Shown here piece by piece: positions 50,861-61,474 of a stretch of DNA of 64,000 nucleotides. The stretch is from positions 6,324,001 to 6,388,000 of the forward strand of contig NC_058368.1 in NCBI RefSeq assembly GCF_018350175.1, read 5' to 3'. Positions within the stretch are counted from its first letter, which is position 1, and each line of letters starts with the position of its first letter. The notes below the pieces were generated by a model that saw nothing but the letters and a program-made list of their open reading frames with translations, ran no database searches and was not told the DNA's origin. The stretch is from Felis catus (lineage: Eukaryota). Position numbers and translations under genes: made by a program.

Positions 50861-52747
50861 GTAGTAGTAAGTAGTAGTAGTAAGGTGTCTAAGCTAGAGA
50901 AAGGGGAAGGATACTGATGATTGATTATAAGTAAGTTATTTAATTATAATCCTTATTTTTTTTTGCTTACTTTTTATTGGGTCATTTCGGGTGGTAGACA
51001 AATGAAATTCAAATATTTCAGTGTTCCATGGATTAAATAAGTGAGTAATCTGGGTCCGGACAAGTGTCGAATTGAAGTGCCAATGACAGAAAATAAGGTT
51101 GAAAATAATATTTCTCCTCTACTGAGGAGACATTTCTGTTTGGGTTATTTTGCACATATAACATAATCTCACATATATTGTCTCCTTGCCTGTTTTACCA
51201 TTATTTATGTATGTATTTTTGGTCTCTGTGAATTTCTGATAAAAACAAAGGAAAAAAAGAAAAACGTAGACCATCTTGCAGTTTGCCCTCCGACCTCCCG
51301 TGCAGTGATGTATAGACATGATATGTACCCTTGCAGTGACCCTTTTCTACCAGGGGGTGACATTCCTCATGGTTAGTGTGAACCCTGATTATGCATGGTC
51401 ATCAGAAATGAATGAACTGGTAACGCAAAGGAATGGATGAATCCAGAAAAAATGAACCACATCATGCTGAAAAACAGACGATTTCCAGACTGACTGCGTT
51501 TCTGAAACCTCAGATGTCGAACATTGGAGATGCCTGCATTTCCGGGAATTTCTTACTGTGTATTTTTGGCTTTCTAGTATATAAGATTTCATTAAAAAAT
51601 AGCCTCTTAAACTTTTCCTTTTAGAAGAGTATTGGGGCAGATCCATTAATATGAATGTGTCTAGAAGTGGGCTTTTTCAGAGGTTCTGTAGCATGACATG
51701 GGTTAAAAGTATGTGCACTTTCCATTTCTGTCAGGAACATTGGAAAGAATCTCCGTGAATGGAGTTACTCTCTCAATGGGCTTTGTATAAAACTGGCCAA
51801 GCATTAGATTCATATTCTTTCATAGGTCCAATTAGCATTCAAATATTATTTCTGAAGTGTTGGATTTAATATATTTTAGAGCTTCTTGACCCTCACCCCC
51901 CAACTTTCTCCCTCCCCCCCCCCCAATTTTCTAATTACAGCCTCAAATTATTTCTAGTAATTTTTAGAATTTCTTTTCTTGATGATGGCATTTGTTTTTA
52001 CGGCAGTGATGGTTAATGAAACCCTTCCTTCTCTGGAGGAATGGAATATGATTTCCTAAATTGACTAGAATTTGATTTATCCTAGTCTTCTGATTGAAGT
52101 GCTAAAATAAATCAGAAGATTCAGCAAATTTAATTTGAAGTTCCCTGAATTTTTGAAGTGGTAGGCATACGAATGATTAACTAGAGAAAGCAAATTTTTG
52201 GAAAGTTGAATGAATAGAAGCCCAGAGTGCTTTGAGTTGACCAGAGCATTTTGATCGGTTTCCCTTCCCTTTCCCCCAGATGCAGAAATGATAAATGCTA
52301 CATCTTAAGGTTATATTTTACTGCTCTCTTTCTGGTTCTAGAGTACCGAAGTTAATCTAGCGTAGTTTTGTAACTTTTTTCAGGCACTGTTACTTTCTTG
52401 CTGCTGTATGTAAGTTTCTTCGGTTAGCTTCAGTTTTCTTAATTTGCTGTTTTTCCTTCCCAGTGAGGTTTCCTACATGTATGTATACATTTAATAGCTT
52501 TATCATCCAGAGTTTCACTTTGGCTGGTAATTGTTCCTTTGGGAAGGAAAGTAAGGGGGAAACTTCATAAATTCATATTGTGATAGAAGGAAGCAGTAGG
52601 ACACGAGTTAGCTGTAAATGTCAGAGAAGGACGGGGAGTAGTCACGAGTGACAAGTTAGCGTGGAGAAATCAGTCAGCACCCTTCCGCTCTCTTTCCAAA
52701 CAGACTCATTCCCTTTGCAGCTGCTTGGTGTTCTAATGAGAAGTTAC

Positions 52748-53147
52748 TGTTAACCTCAAAGAATTAAAACAGCCAATTATTCTACCAGCAAAATGGGTTT
52801 ATCCGGGGATAGTGGAGAACTGCAGTCTGAGACGTGCAGTCTGTGGCCGGCCAGTCCCCCAGACGAAGGAGAGGAATGTTAATTTATTGAGAAGGAGGAG
52901 GAAGTTGGGAGGGGTTGTTGGGAACAGAAAGCCCCTCGGAGAGAAGCAAGAGTTCAGGGTGACAACGGTTTCTCTTTGGCCAACTTGCAGGGGTAGCACA
53001 TTCCTCGTAGGAGATGCGGTGTCCCATCTTCTCCCGTTGGGACCTGTAATTGACACTGCTTCCTGTAATTGATGGTGAGTGGGCCAGGCTCCCCTTTCTG
53101 GCCTCCCTGGTCCTTTTTAGTGAGGTTTTCCTTTGCTCATTTTCACA
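52748..53147 (-). mobile_element. ERV1-class solo LTR (~400 bp)
   Basis: TG...CA termini with an exact 4-bp TSD 'ttac' (52744-47, 53148-51); reverse AATAAA at ~52884. Confidence 0.75.
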
Positions 53148-53764
53148 TTACAGAACCACTGCTCTTGTGGGTAAGGGGTCCCAAGTTGTCATGTTTTCAG
53201 TGGAAGATAATCAGAGTTTCTTGGCTTTTTGTTTTTAATTATCTTTTACTAGAGATTCTTTGACAGTCGTTTGCTACAAACTGGGCTTTGGTTTCGGAAG
53301 AACACAGGGGGGCTGTTTGGGATATTGAGGAGGAAGGGATATGTACTGGTACTTTGGGATAGGATGTTAGCAGGTGTGGATTGAAATATGTTTGCTTTCG
53401 GGACTTCGAATCAGGAGTAAAGGCAGTTTCCATGAGTGTTTGGCAGGTTTGTGGCTGTAGACATTGAGTTCTTCAGTATCTCAGATTTCCCTTTGCAAGT
53501 CCTTCGACCAAATTTGTTTCACCTGTAGCGGATGTACAGGGTTTAGGGGCTGCCTTCCACACTTGTTTCATTTCTAGCTTACGTGATGCTTCTAGTCTTT
53601 TTTTTTTTTAACTGACTTCCATCATCTGTTGTCTTTTTGAACAGGGGGATGTACATAAACGCAATCATGTATAGATGGTTCCTGACTAGACCTACCCCTT
53701 TGTAGGTTTCAGGCTCGGGACTGATGACTGATGGCCTCTGAGACCGGCTGAGACAGAATTGCAA

Positions 53765-53945
53765 GCCAGTGGAGCAGGGGCTCTGGGGGCAGACTCATTG
53801 GGTTCAAATCTTGGCTTTGCCATTTCTTAGCAGCGTGGTTTCTGGGGCACTTGCCAACTTCGGGGAGCCTTGCTCTTCTCATCTATAAAACAGTAACTAC
53901 CCCGTAGAGTTGTAAGGAGTAAAGGAGAGCATGTAAATAATAAAT
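53765..53945 (+). mobile_element. MIR
   Basis: 'gggttcaaatcttggctttgcc...ttctcatctataaaa' MIR core. Confidence 0.75.
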
Positions 53946-54884
53946 AAAGAGTTGAGAGTGATGTACCAAGAATAGAAACCTGCCCGGCAGCCGGCAGAAT
54001 AGAGGACGACAGAGAGAGTAAGAACATTCTTGAGAAAGTTTCAGACCTGCGTGTGCAGCGTTGACCACACTCTTGAAGAGAGGGACACAACCACCTAGGT
54101 GTCCTTTTTAGCTATTAGAAGTAATAGGGGAGAATTATGAGGGGATAATTTGTCAGCCAGAAAGGTGATGACAGGCCTCTTTGTGGATGTTTAGAACAGG
54201 GCAGGAGGAAATTAACGCCGAGTTAGTGATTTGGGGTCTTGGTGTGAAGAGAGTGACAACTGCGGTGTTGTGGTTTGGGCGGAGTTAGTGTGGATAACTT
54301 GTCACCAGTTCTCGTAAGACTGCATGCTTGTCTAGTGATTTATGGTGTTAAGGGTCTTTACGATCCGGTGGAATTTGATGAGTACACTCAGAAGGTAGCT
54401 TATTGTTCAGATGATTCTCGTTTGCATGGGGGCAAGTTCCAGAGGCACTGGGGAGCAAGCAAGGATTTTCCTTCGATGGGCAAGAGAGAAAGATTCACAT
54501 GGTCAGTGAGTGAATGCACCAGGCCTGTAGAGAATTCCTGATATGAGCGCGGGGCTCTTTCTCCTAGAGATCAGGGTGGTGGCTGTCTGTGCCCAAAATG
54601 GGAGTGCTGAAATATACAGAATAGTTCACAGGGGAGGTGAGGTGGAAGCTGGACCCCAGGGGTCCTTCAGCCCGAGCGGGAACTGTTTTCTGCTGGATGG
54701 TATCTTCGTAGAAAATTCCTTACCCTATTAAAAAAAAATGTTTACTTTTTAAATTACTAATTTGATTATAGTCTTTGTTTTTGTTGTTTCTTTAGACGGT
54801 TTCTCAGAAGAGTGTCCCCTGAACACATGGTACCGTGGGGTTGGGGCTGTGTTTTTTTCATTTGTTAATTCATTAAAAAAAAAA

Positions 54885-55093
54885 TTTTTTTTTTAATGTT
54901 TGTTTATTTCTGACAGAGAGAGCGACAGAGCATGAGTGCGGGAGGGGCAGAGAGGGAGGGCGACACAGAATCCGAAGCTCCAGGCTCTGAGCTGTGAGCA
55001 CGGAGCCCCACGCGGGGCTCCAACTCATGGACGGTGAGATCATGACCTGAGCCGAAGTCGGACGCTCAACCGACTGAGCCACCCAGGCGCCCC
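54885..55093 (-). mobile_element. CanSINE (SINEC_Fc-type)
   Basis: Full body; TSD ttaattcatt. Confidence 0.95.
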
Positions 55094-55149
55094 TAATTAA
55101 TTCATTTAAAAAAAAAAATTTCTTAATAATTTTTGAATGAGCCCGATGT

Positions 55150-55327
55150 TTTTATTTTTCTTTATTTTGCTTGTTTTACTTCAGGTTTTTTAATTCCACA
55201 TATGAATGAGAACATACCGTATTTGTCTTTTCTCTGACTGACTTATCTTGCTTCTACTCTCTAGCTCCATCCATGTTGTTGCCCATGGCAAAATTTCCTT
55301 CTTTTCGCGGTTGAGTAATATTCCATC

Positions 55328-55369
<42 letters not shown>

Positions 55370-56815
55370 CCCACTTCGTCTTTATCCATTCAGCTATCGA
55401 TGGACACTTGGGATGCTTCCATAATTTGGCTACTACAAATAATGCTGCAATAAACATAGGGGTGCATGTATCTCTTTGAATTAGTGTTTTTGTATTTTTT
55501 TGGTAAATACCCAGTAGTGCAATTGCTGGGTCCTAGGGTAGTTCTATTTTTATTTTTTTGAGGAACCTCCATAGTGTTTTCCATAATGGCTGTTTGTGTT
55601 TCCACCAAAAGGGCCCGAGGGTTCCTTTTTTTCTACATCCTCACCAACACCTTTTGTTTCTTGTGTTGTTGATTTTAGGCAGTCTGACAGGTGTGAGGTG
55701 ATACCTCTTTGTAGTTTTGATTTGCATTTCCTTGAAGATGAGTGATGTTGAGCATCTTTTCGTGTGTCTGTTGGCCATCTGGATGTCTTCTTCGCGGAAG
55801 TGTCCATATCTTCTGCCCATTTTTTTTTTATTTTTTTTTTAACGTTTATTTATTTTTGAGACAGAGAGAGACAGAGCATGAACAGGGGAGGGGCAGAGAG
55901 AGGGACACACAGAAGCTGAAACAGGCTCCAGGCTCTGAGCTGTCAGCACAGAGCCCGACGCGGGGCTCGAACTCACAGACTGCGAGATCATGACCTGAGC
56001 CCAAGTCGGCCACTTAACCGACTGAGCCACCCAGGCGCCCCCTCTTCTGCCCATTTTTTAATTGCATTATTTGGGGATTTTTGGGTGTTGAGTTGTATCA
56101 GTTCTTTATGTATTTTGTATGTTAACTCTTTGTTGGATATGTCATTGCAAATATCTTTCCCATTCTGTAGGTTGCCTTTTAGTTTTGTTGGTTGATTGCT
56201 GTGCAGAATCTTTTTATTTTTTTGATGTACTCCCAATAGTTTATTTTTGCTTTTATTTTCCTTGCCTCAGGATACATATCTAGAAAAATGTTGCCATGGC
56301 TGATGTCAGAGAAATTATTGCCTGTGCTCTCTTCAAGGATTTTGATGGTTTCATGTCTCACATTTAGATCTTTAATCCATTTTGAGTTTATTTTTGTATA
56401 TGGTGAAAGAAAGTGGTCCAGTTTCATTCTGTTTCATTTGGCTGTCCGGTTTTCCCAGCACCATTTGTTGAGGAGACTTTTCCCATTTGATATTCATTCC
56501 TCTTTTGTAGAAGATTAATTGACCATATAATTGTGGTTTTATTTCTGGATTTTCTGTTTTATTCCATTGATCTGGGTGTATGTTTTTATGCCAGCACCAT
56601 ACTGTTTTAATTATTACCACTTTGTAATATAACTTGAAATCTGGAATTGTGATAGCGCCATATGTTTTTCAAGATTTCTTCGGCTGTTTAAGGTCTTTTG
56701 TGATTCTGTACAAGTTTTAGGATTGTGTGTTCTTGTTCTGTGAAAAGTACTGTTGGTATTTTGATAGGGATCCCATTAAACGTGTAGATTGCTTTGGGTG
56801 GTATAGACATTTTAA
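55150..56815 (-). mobile_element. 5'-truncated carnivore L1 (ORF2 C-terminal region and part of 3' UTR), frameshifted
   Basis: ORF 56179-56427 '[32 protein letters not shown]' is L1 ORF2p; contains (CA)n at 55328-55369 and a SINE. Confidence 0.93.
55820..56042 (-). mobile_element. SINEC_Fc inserted in the L1
   Basis: TSD tcttctgcccattttt. Confidence 0.96.
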
Positions 56816-57751
56816 AAGCATTTGTTCCAATGGTTCGGACTAACTTTGCATTCCCCTTTTGTATTACATTTATACAGTATCCCCTTTGCTCTTGAAAGCC
56901 TTGAAAGCCTTTTGAAGCTACTATAGCTTCGTTGTAGTTTGCTTTTGTCATTAGGAGGGTGCGTAAAAACCAAGTCTGTCTCTCCAAAGAGCCAGATAGT
57001 AATAGGAGTCAGGGGTGTAGGTCGACACTTTCGTACCCTGGAAAGGTTGGGAGTGCAGGAGGGAAAAGGCTCACCGGAAATTTGGTATACTCAAAAAGGT
57101 CCTGAAAACTCAATTTCAGTAAAGTACATTTTGGGCTCAGTGCATTGAATCTGTGACCTCCTGTAAGATCCTGCATTTTTGCCTAATGTTTACTTAAGCC
57201 TCTAACTTTTAAGAGGTACCCCTCCCGCTCTCCTACCAGGCTCAAGCCCTCCGCAGAAGATACTCACTTGGTTTTGCAGGATTATGGAGATCCAGCAAAC
57301 GTACCAAAGGCACTTCCTTTTTTAGGTGCCTTTTTTTCTCTGGCCTCATAGCTTAGTTATTTGCACGGGACCCCTAAGTTAGAATGTTGGTGTTTTTTTC
57401 TGTTGCTTTCTCTTGAGGGCGAATGATTTCTGCTGGAATGCAAATGAAGCATCTCAAATTTTCCAGATCTTTACTATGAAAAATCCCGGACTGTGGCAAA
57501 TGAGAATATTTTATTAATTCCTGGAAATACTTGCTAAGAATACTTCTCTAGAGTGCTTATTTGTAGAGTAAAAACTGTGACTTCAATTTCTGTTACCATG
57601 CAGTGAACATAATTTTTGTGAAACAGTGGCTGTAAGGATCTAGAATTAACACTATATGGCTCGTGTTCACCAAATCTGTATTTGATACATTCAGTGCAGT
57701 ATTGAGAGTTCTGGCTGTTTAACCAGCAGAATTATTCATTATGGAAGTTGA

Positions 57752-57949
57752 TTTTTTTTTTTAATTTTTTTTTTAACGTTTATTTATTTTTGAGACAGAG
57801 AGAGACAGAGCATGAACGGGGGAGGGTCAGAGAGAGGGAGACACAGAATCTGAAACAGGCTCCAGGCTCTGAGCTCAAACTCACGGACTGTGAGATCATG
57901 ACCTGAGCCGAAGTCGGCTGCTTAACCGACTGAGCCGCCCAGGCGCCCC
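57752..57949 (-). mobile_element. SINEC_Fc with an internal 26-bp deletion
   Basis: 'gctctgagct|caaactcacgg' junction; TSD-like gaagttgatt on both sides. Confidence 0.93.
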
Positions 57950-59488
57950 TACAGAAGTTGATTACGGACAGCTTATCAGAGTTGACTTACAGTTTCATTC
58001 ATTGTTTTTCATAATTAACCAGGTAAAACGATGACAAATAAGTCAGTCATTTTCTTTTTAATTAAAATAAGGAACTTACAAACGATTCTTCGGTTTTATG
58101 TTCCGTTATGTAGAGAAGTTCACAGGCAGCCAGGACATGGGGTAATTATTCAGGAATTTCATTTGCTAGTATTTGTGTGTTGAAGGTACAGAGGGGAATG
58201 AGAGGTTTTACAATGTCTTTGCCAAGTCAGAATTGCCTTGTAAAGGACCTTACAGAAATTCCTAACTGTTTCTGAGCCTTTTAAGCGAAGAAACGGAAAA
58301 TTAGTACTCCTTCGATAGTTGTGGTAGGGTGGCTCATGCTAGCTGGCCGAAGGAGTGGAGGGATGCCACTATCCCCTACTCCGGGAGAAGAGAGGAGTGT
58401 TGGTGACAAAGCCCTTCCTCCCAATCGGAGCTTCCTTGTTAAAGTACATAATATAATTCTCCCAGGCAATAGTGCGGGAAGCACAAAAGGGAAGAGGAAC
58501 TTAAAAAAAAAAAGGACTGAAGTGAGTTAGCACATGATTTGTAGTAAGTAGTATCTCTGGGTCAGCAAGGAAGACTGAATGAATGGGTAAGAAACTGGGA
58601 GATCCAGATACCAGAAATGGATAAAGGGGAGAAAGCGCATGGAAATAAACACAATATGGTTTTGGGATCAAGGTGATACCGGACTAATGATCTGAATTTA
58701 CATAGCAGCTGTTCTGCTACCCTGCAGGAAGATACCTCACCCAGCTGACAGGCTCTGACTGTAGTGCCTTCGGGTTTTGAGCCGAGTCACTTGGGTATAC
58801 CCATAAACTAGTTTAAAAAACGACATGGTTGATTACAATTTGCTTCTAGTAATAAGTTAGAGAGGGGTACTTTGGTTCGTCGGGCAGTCACCCGGGGAGA
58901 TTGGAGATGGAAACATAATGTATGTTACTGCCCTTGGTGAGCAGATACCCTTTCTTCATGGTCTGACTAGTCAGCTGGTTCCTGGAAGGCAGAAGACTGG
59001 ATGCTATACATTTGGTAAGCATTCACTGTTGAACCTGCATGTTGCCTGTCTGGCCACATACCCCAGAGCAAGCTTATTCTGGGAAAACTATTAACCTCGT
59101 ATTGCTTTACTGTGTGTGCGTTTTGTTGAAATTAAGCTGTGACCTGAAGATGCCTTACAAAAGACATTGCCTTATTGTAAGTCTGACAGTTTCTAACACG
59201 AGTGGAGGGTAGTAGCTGTGGGTAGTGCTATAGAAATCTCAGGTCAGGGGCCTAGGCAAGTTTGAGATTCTCACCGTGCATTCTGTTGGATTTGATTTTT
59301 TTTTTTTTTTTTTTTGTATTGTTTTAAAACCCCTGGCAACTTGGGATCGTAGGAAAGACAGAAAGAGTGCTGTACTTGGCATGGCATAGAACCTGGGTTT
59401 TGTGCTGGTTGGACTTGTGCTTGGACTTCATGCCTAATTTTGACCTTGTCCATGAAGTTTTCTGTAAGGAAGCCATGTTTTATGTTTC

Positions 59489-59646
59489 TTTCTTTCTTTT
59501 TTTTTTTTAATATATGAAATTCATTGTCAAATTGGTTTCCATACAACACCCAGTGCTCATCCCAAAAGATGCCCTCTTCAATACCCATCACCCACCCTCC
59601 CCTCCCTCCCACCCCCCATCAACCCTCAGTTTGTTCTCAGTTTTTA
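59489..59646 (-). mobile_element. Felid L1 (L1_Fc-type) 3' terminal fragment with poly(A), fused to U6
   Basis: Reverse complement reads 'aaaaactgagaacaaactgagggttgatgggggg...gatgagcactgggtgttgtatggaaaccaatttgacaatgaatttcatatattaaaa'. Confidence 0.92.
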
Positions 59647-59753
59647 AAAAATATGGAACGCTGCACGAATTTGTGTGTCATCCTTGCACAGGGGCCATGC
59701 TAATCTTCTCTGTATCGTCCCAATTTTAGTATATGTGCTGCCGAAGTGAGCAC
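59647..59753 (-). pseudogene. RNU6: Full-length U6 snRNA retrocopy (5' half of a U6/L1 chimera)
   Basis: Reverse complement GTGCTCACTTCGGCAGCACATATACTAAAATTGGGACGATACAGAGAAGATTAGCATGGCCCC...GCGTTCCATATTTTT; 5 differences from canonical U6; upstream flank is the TSD, not a PSE/TATA promoter. Confidence 0.97.
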
Positions 59754-59774
59754 CATGTTTTGTGTTTCAAGTAG

Positions 59775-60260
59775 TTTCATGTTTGGCTTCTGTTGTTTTT
59801 CAACCATTCTTTGAAAGACCTTCTCCACTACCAGATTGTTAGAAAAAGATCCTTTCGTGTTTCTTCTAGTCCTTTAGTGCCTTCGTGCTGTATATTTTTG
59901 CTGCATTTAGAGCTTTGTGTAGTATATGGGCAAGGTAAGGACTCAGTTTGGGATCCCCACCCCCCCCTTACTGCGTACTCATTTAATTAATAGTCTTTAC
60001 CCCAGTGGTTTGAAATGCCACCTCCATTTTATACTGAGTTCCTTGGTATATTCATTAGTTCCTACACTTTCTAATCTGTTCAGTTATTAGGTTTATTTCT
60101 TCAGATGTCAGCACCACACTGTTTTAACTATTGTAGCTTTATAATGTTTCAGTATTCTATAGGGATGGCCCTTACCCCCTACTCTTTAGTCTTTTTCAGA
60201 AGTGCCTTGTCTATCTTTGCTTGATTTTCTACAAGAACTTTAAAATCGCCTTGTCTAGCC
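59775..60260 (-). mobile_element. Old L1 ORF2 fragment
   Basis: 'ttgaaatgccacct...gcaccacactgttttaactattgtagctttataat' are reverse L1M motifs. Confidence 0.7.
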
Positions 60261-61261
60261 CCTAAGGGAATCGCTGGGGGTGCTGGAAAGAAAACCTTCC
60301 TCTGTGATGAATGATCCTGGATTCTTAGAGCCCCATCTGCATTGTAAATCTGGAGACTTGGTTTCAGACTTCGTTCTGACGTTCACTGGTGCTGCAGTGA
60401 AAAATTAGATTTGTGTTTTACAGCTTTGCAGGTGTGTACAGGTGCTTTTAAAGAATTGCTGTGTACTTGCTGTTTTTGTCCCTTTACTTTTTCAATCAGT
60501 AGATATAACCATTAGAAAACTCCTCAATTTTTTAGCGTTGCAGAAGGGCCCTCATACTTGCAAACGTTGGGGACAACTGGTTGAGAGTTCTGTAAGCTCT
60601 TCTCTGTTCTAAACTTCAGTTCTAAATAATAAAAGGTGGTATATCATCAATCCAATCAAGGATTGAATTTAAATCTTTGTAGCCACTGAAAGGGCTACTC
60701 TACCAAGAGAAGCTGCAGAAACGTTTCTTGGCAAGATCATTTGTCTGTGTCTTTCTTTTCCTCTGTAAGCAGTTGGTGTTTTGAAAGGAAGCATATTGTC
60801 TAGATTTTCAAAGTTCTCTAAAAACAGGATGGGGGAGTGCGTTATTTTCGAAGCTTGTAACACGATTGCATTTTAAGCGGAATTAAGTGCTTTGAAAGCT
60901 TGAATTTGTGTTGTCATAGTTGAGTATTTATGATTGAAATAACTACGCATATGTCTTCTTCCCTTTCTGTGTGATCATTGTTAGGTCTAGCGAGAGCCTC
61001 TGGACAGAATGGTTGGTTTATAGGAGAAGACAATCAAGGCTGTGATAATTCTCAAAAGTAAAGCTTTACATTTTGAAGGGCAAGTCACATCTATAGTTTG
61101 TATGATTCTGTAACAGATGGGGAAATCATGGAACAAATGATGAGAGAAAATTGGCCTTTATCTGTTGGCAAATGGCAGTCAATGAAGAGATGACATTTTT
61201 TTTTGGCTCCTTTTGGAAAATTACTTTCAGGATTCATCGATTGAAAATTGCTACAGGACTT

Positions 61262-61474
61262 GGGGCGCCTGGGTGGCCGAGTCGGTTCAGTGTCTGACTC
61301 TTGATTTCAGCTCAGGTCATGATCTTGCTGGTTCATGAGATCAAGCCCTGAGTCGGGTTCTGCACTGACAGTGTGGAGCCTGCTTAGGAGTCTCTCCCTC
61401 TCTGTTTGCCCCTCTCCCACTTGCTCCCTCTCTCTGTCTCTGTCTCTCTCTCTCAAATAAATAAACATTTAAAA
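61262..61474 (+). mobile_element. CanSINE
   Basis: Full body; TSD aaaattgctacaggactt. Confidence 0.95.

Noticed and set aside
51433..51624. 63-aa ORF with a hydrophobic C-terminus as a microprotein or exon
   Set aside because: No clear splice sites or promoter, no recognisable homology, and the length is within chance expectation.
3156..56054. Recurrent ORF family 'MAQSVKRPTSAQVMIS...' and 'RARRGARTHG...'
   Set aside because: These are translations of CanSINE copies, not a gene family.
55390..56987. L1 ORF2-like ORFs as an active retrotransposon
   Set aside because: The element is 5'-truncated, frameshifted into several short ORFs and interrupted by a SINE.
59647..59753. Functional U6 snRNA gene
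   Set aside because: It is fused to L1 and poly(A) within a TSD, shows CpG-decay substitutions, and has no evident upstream PSE/TATA promoter.
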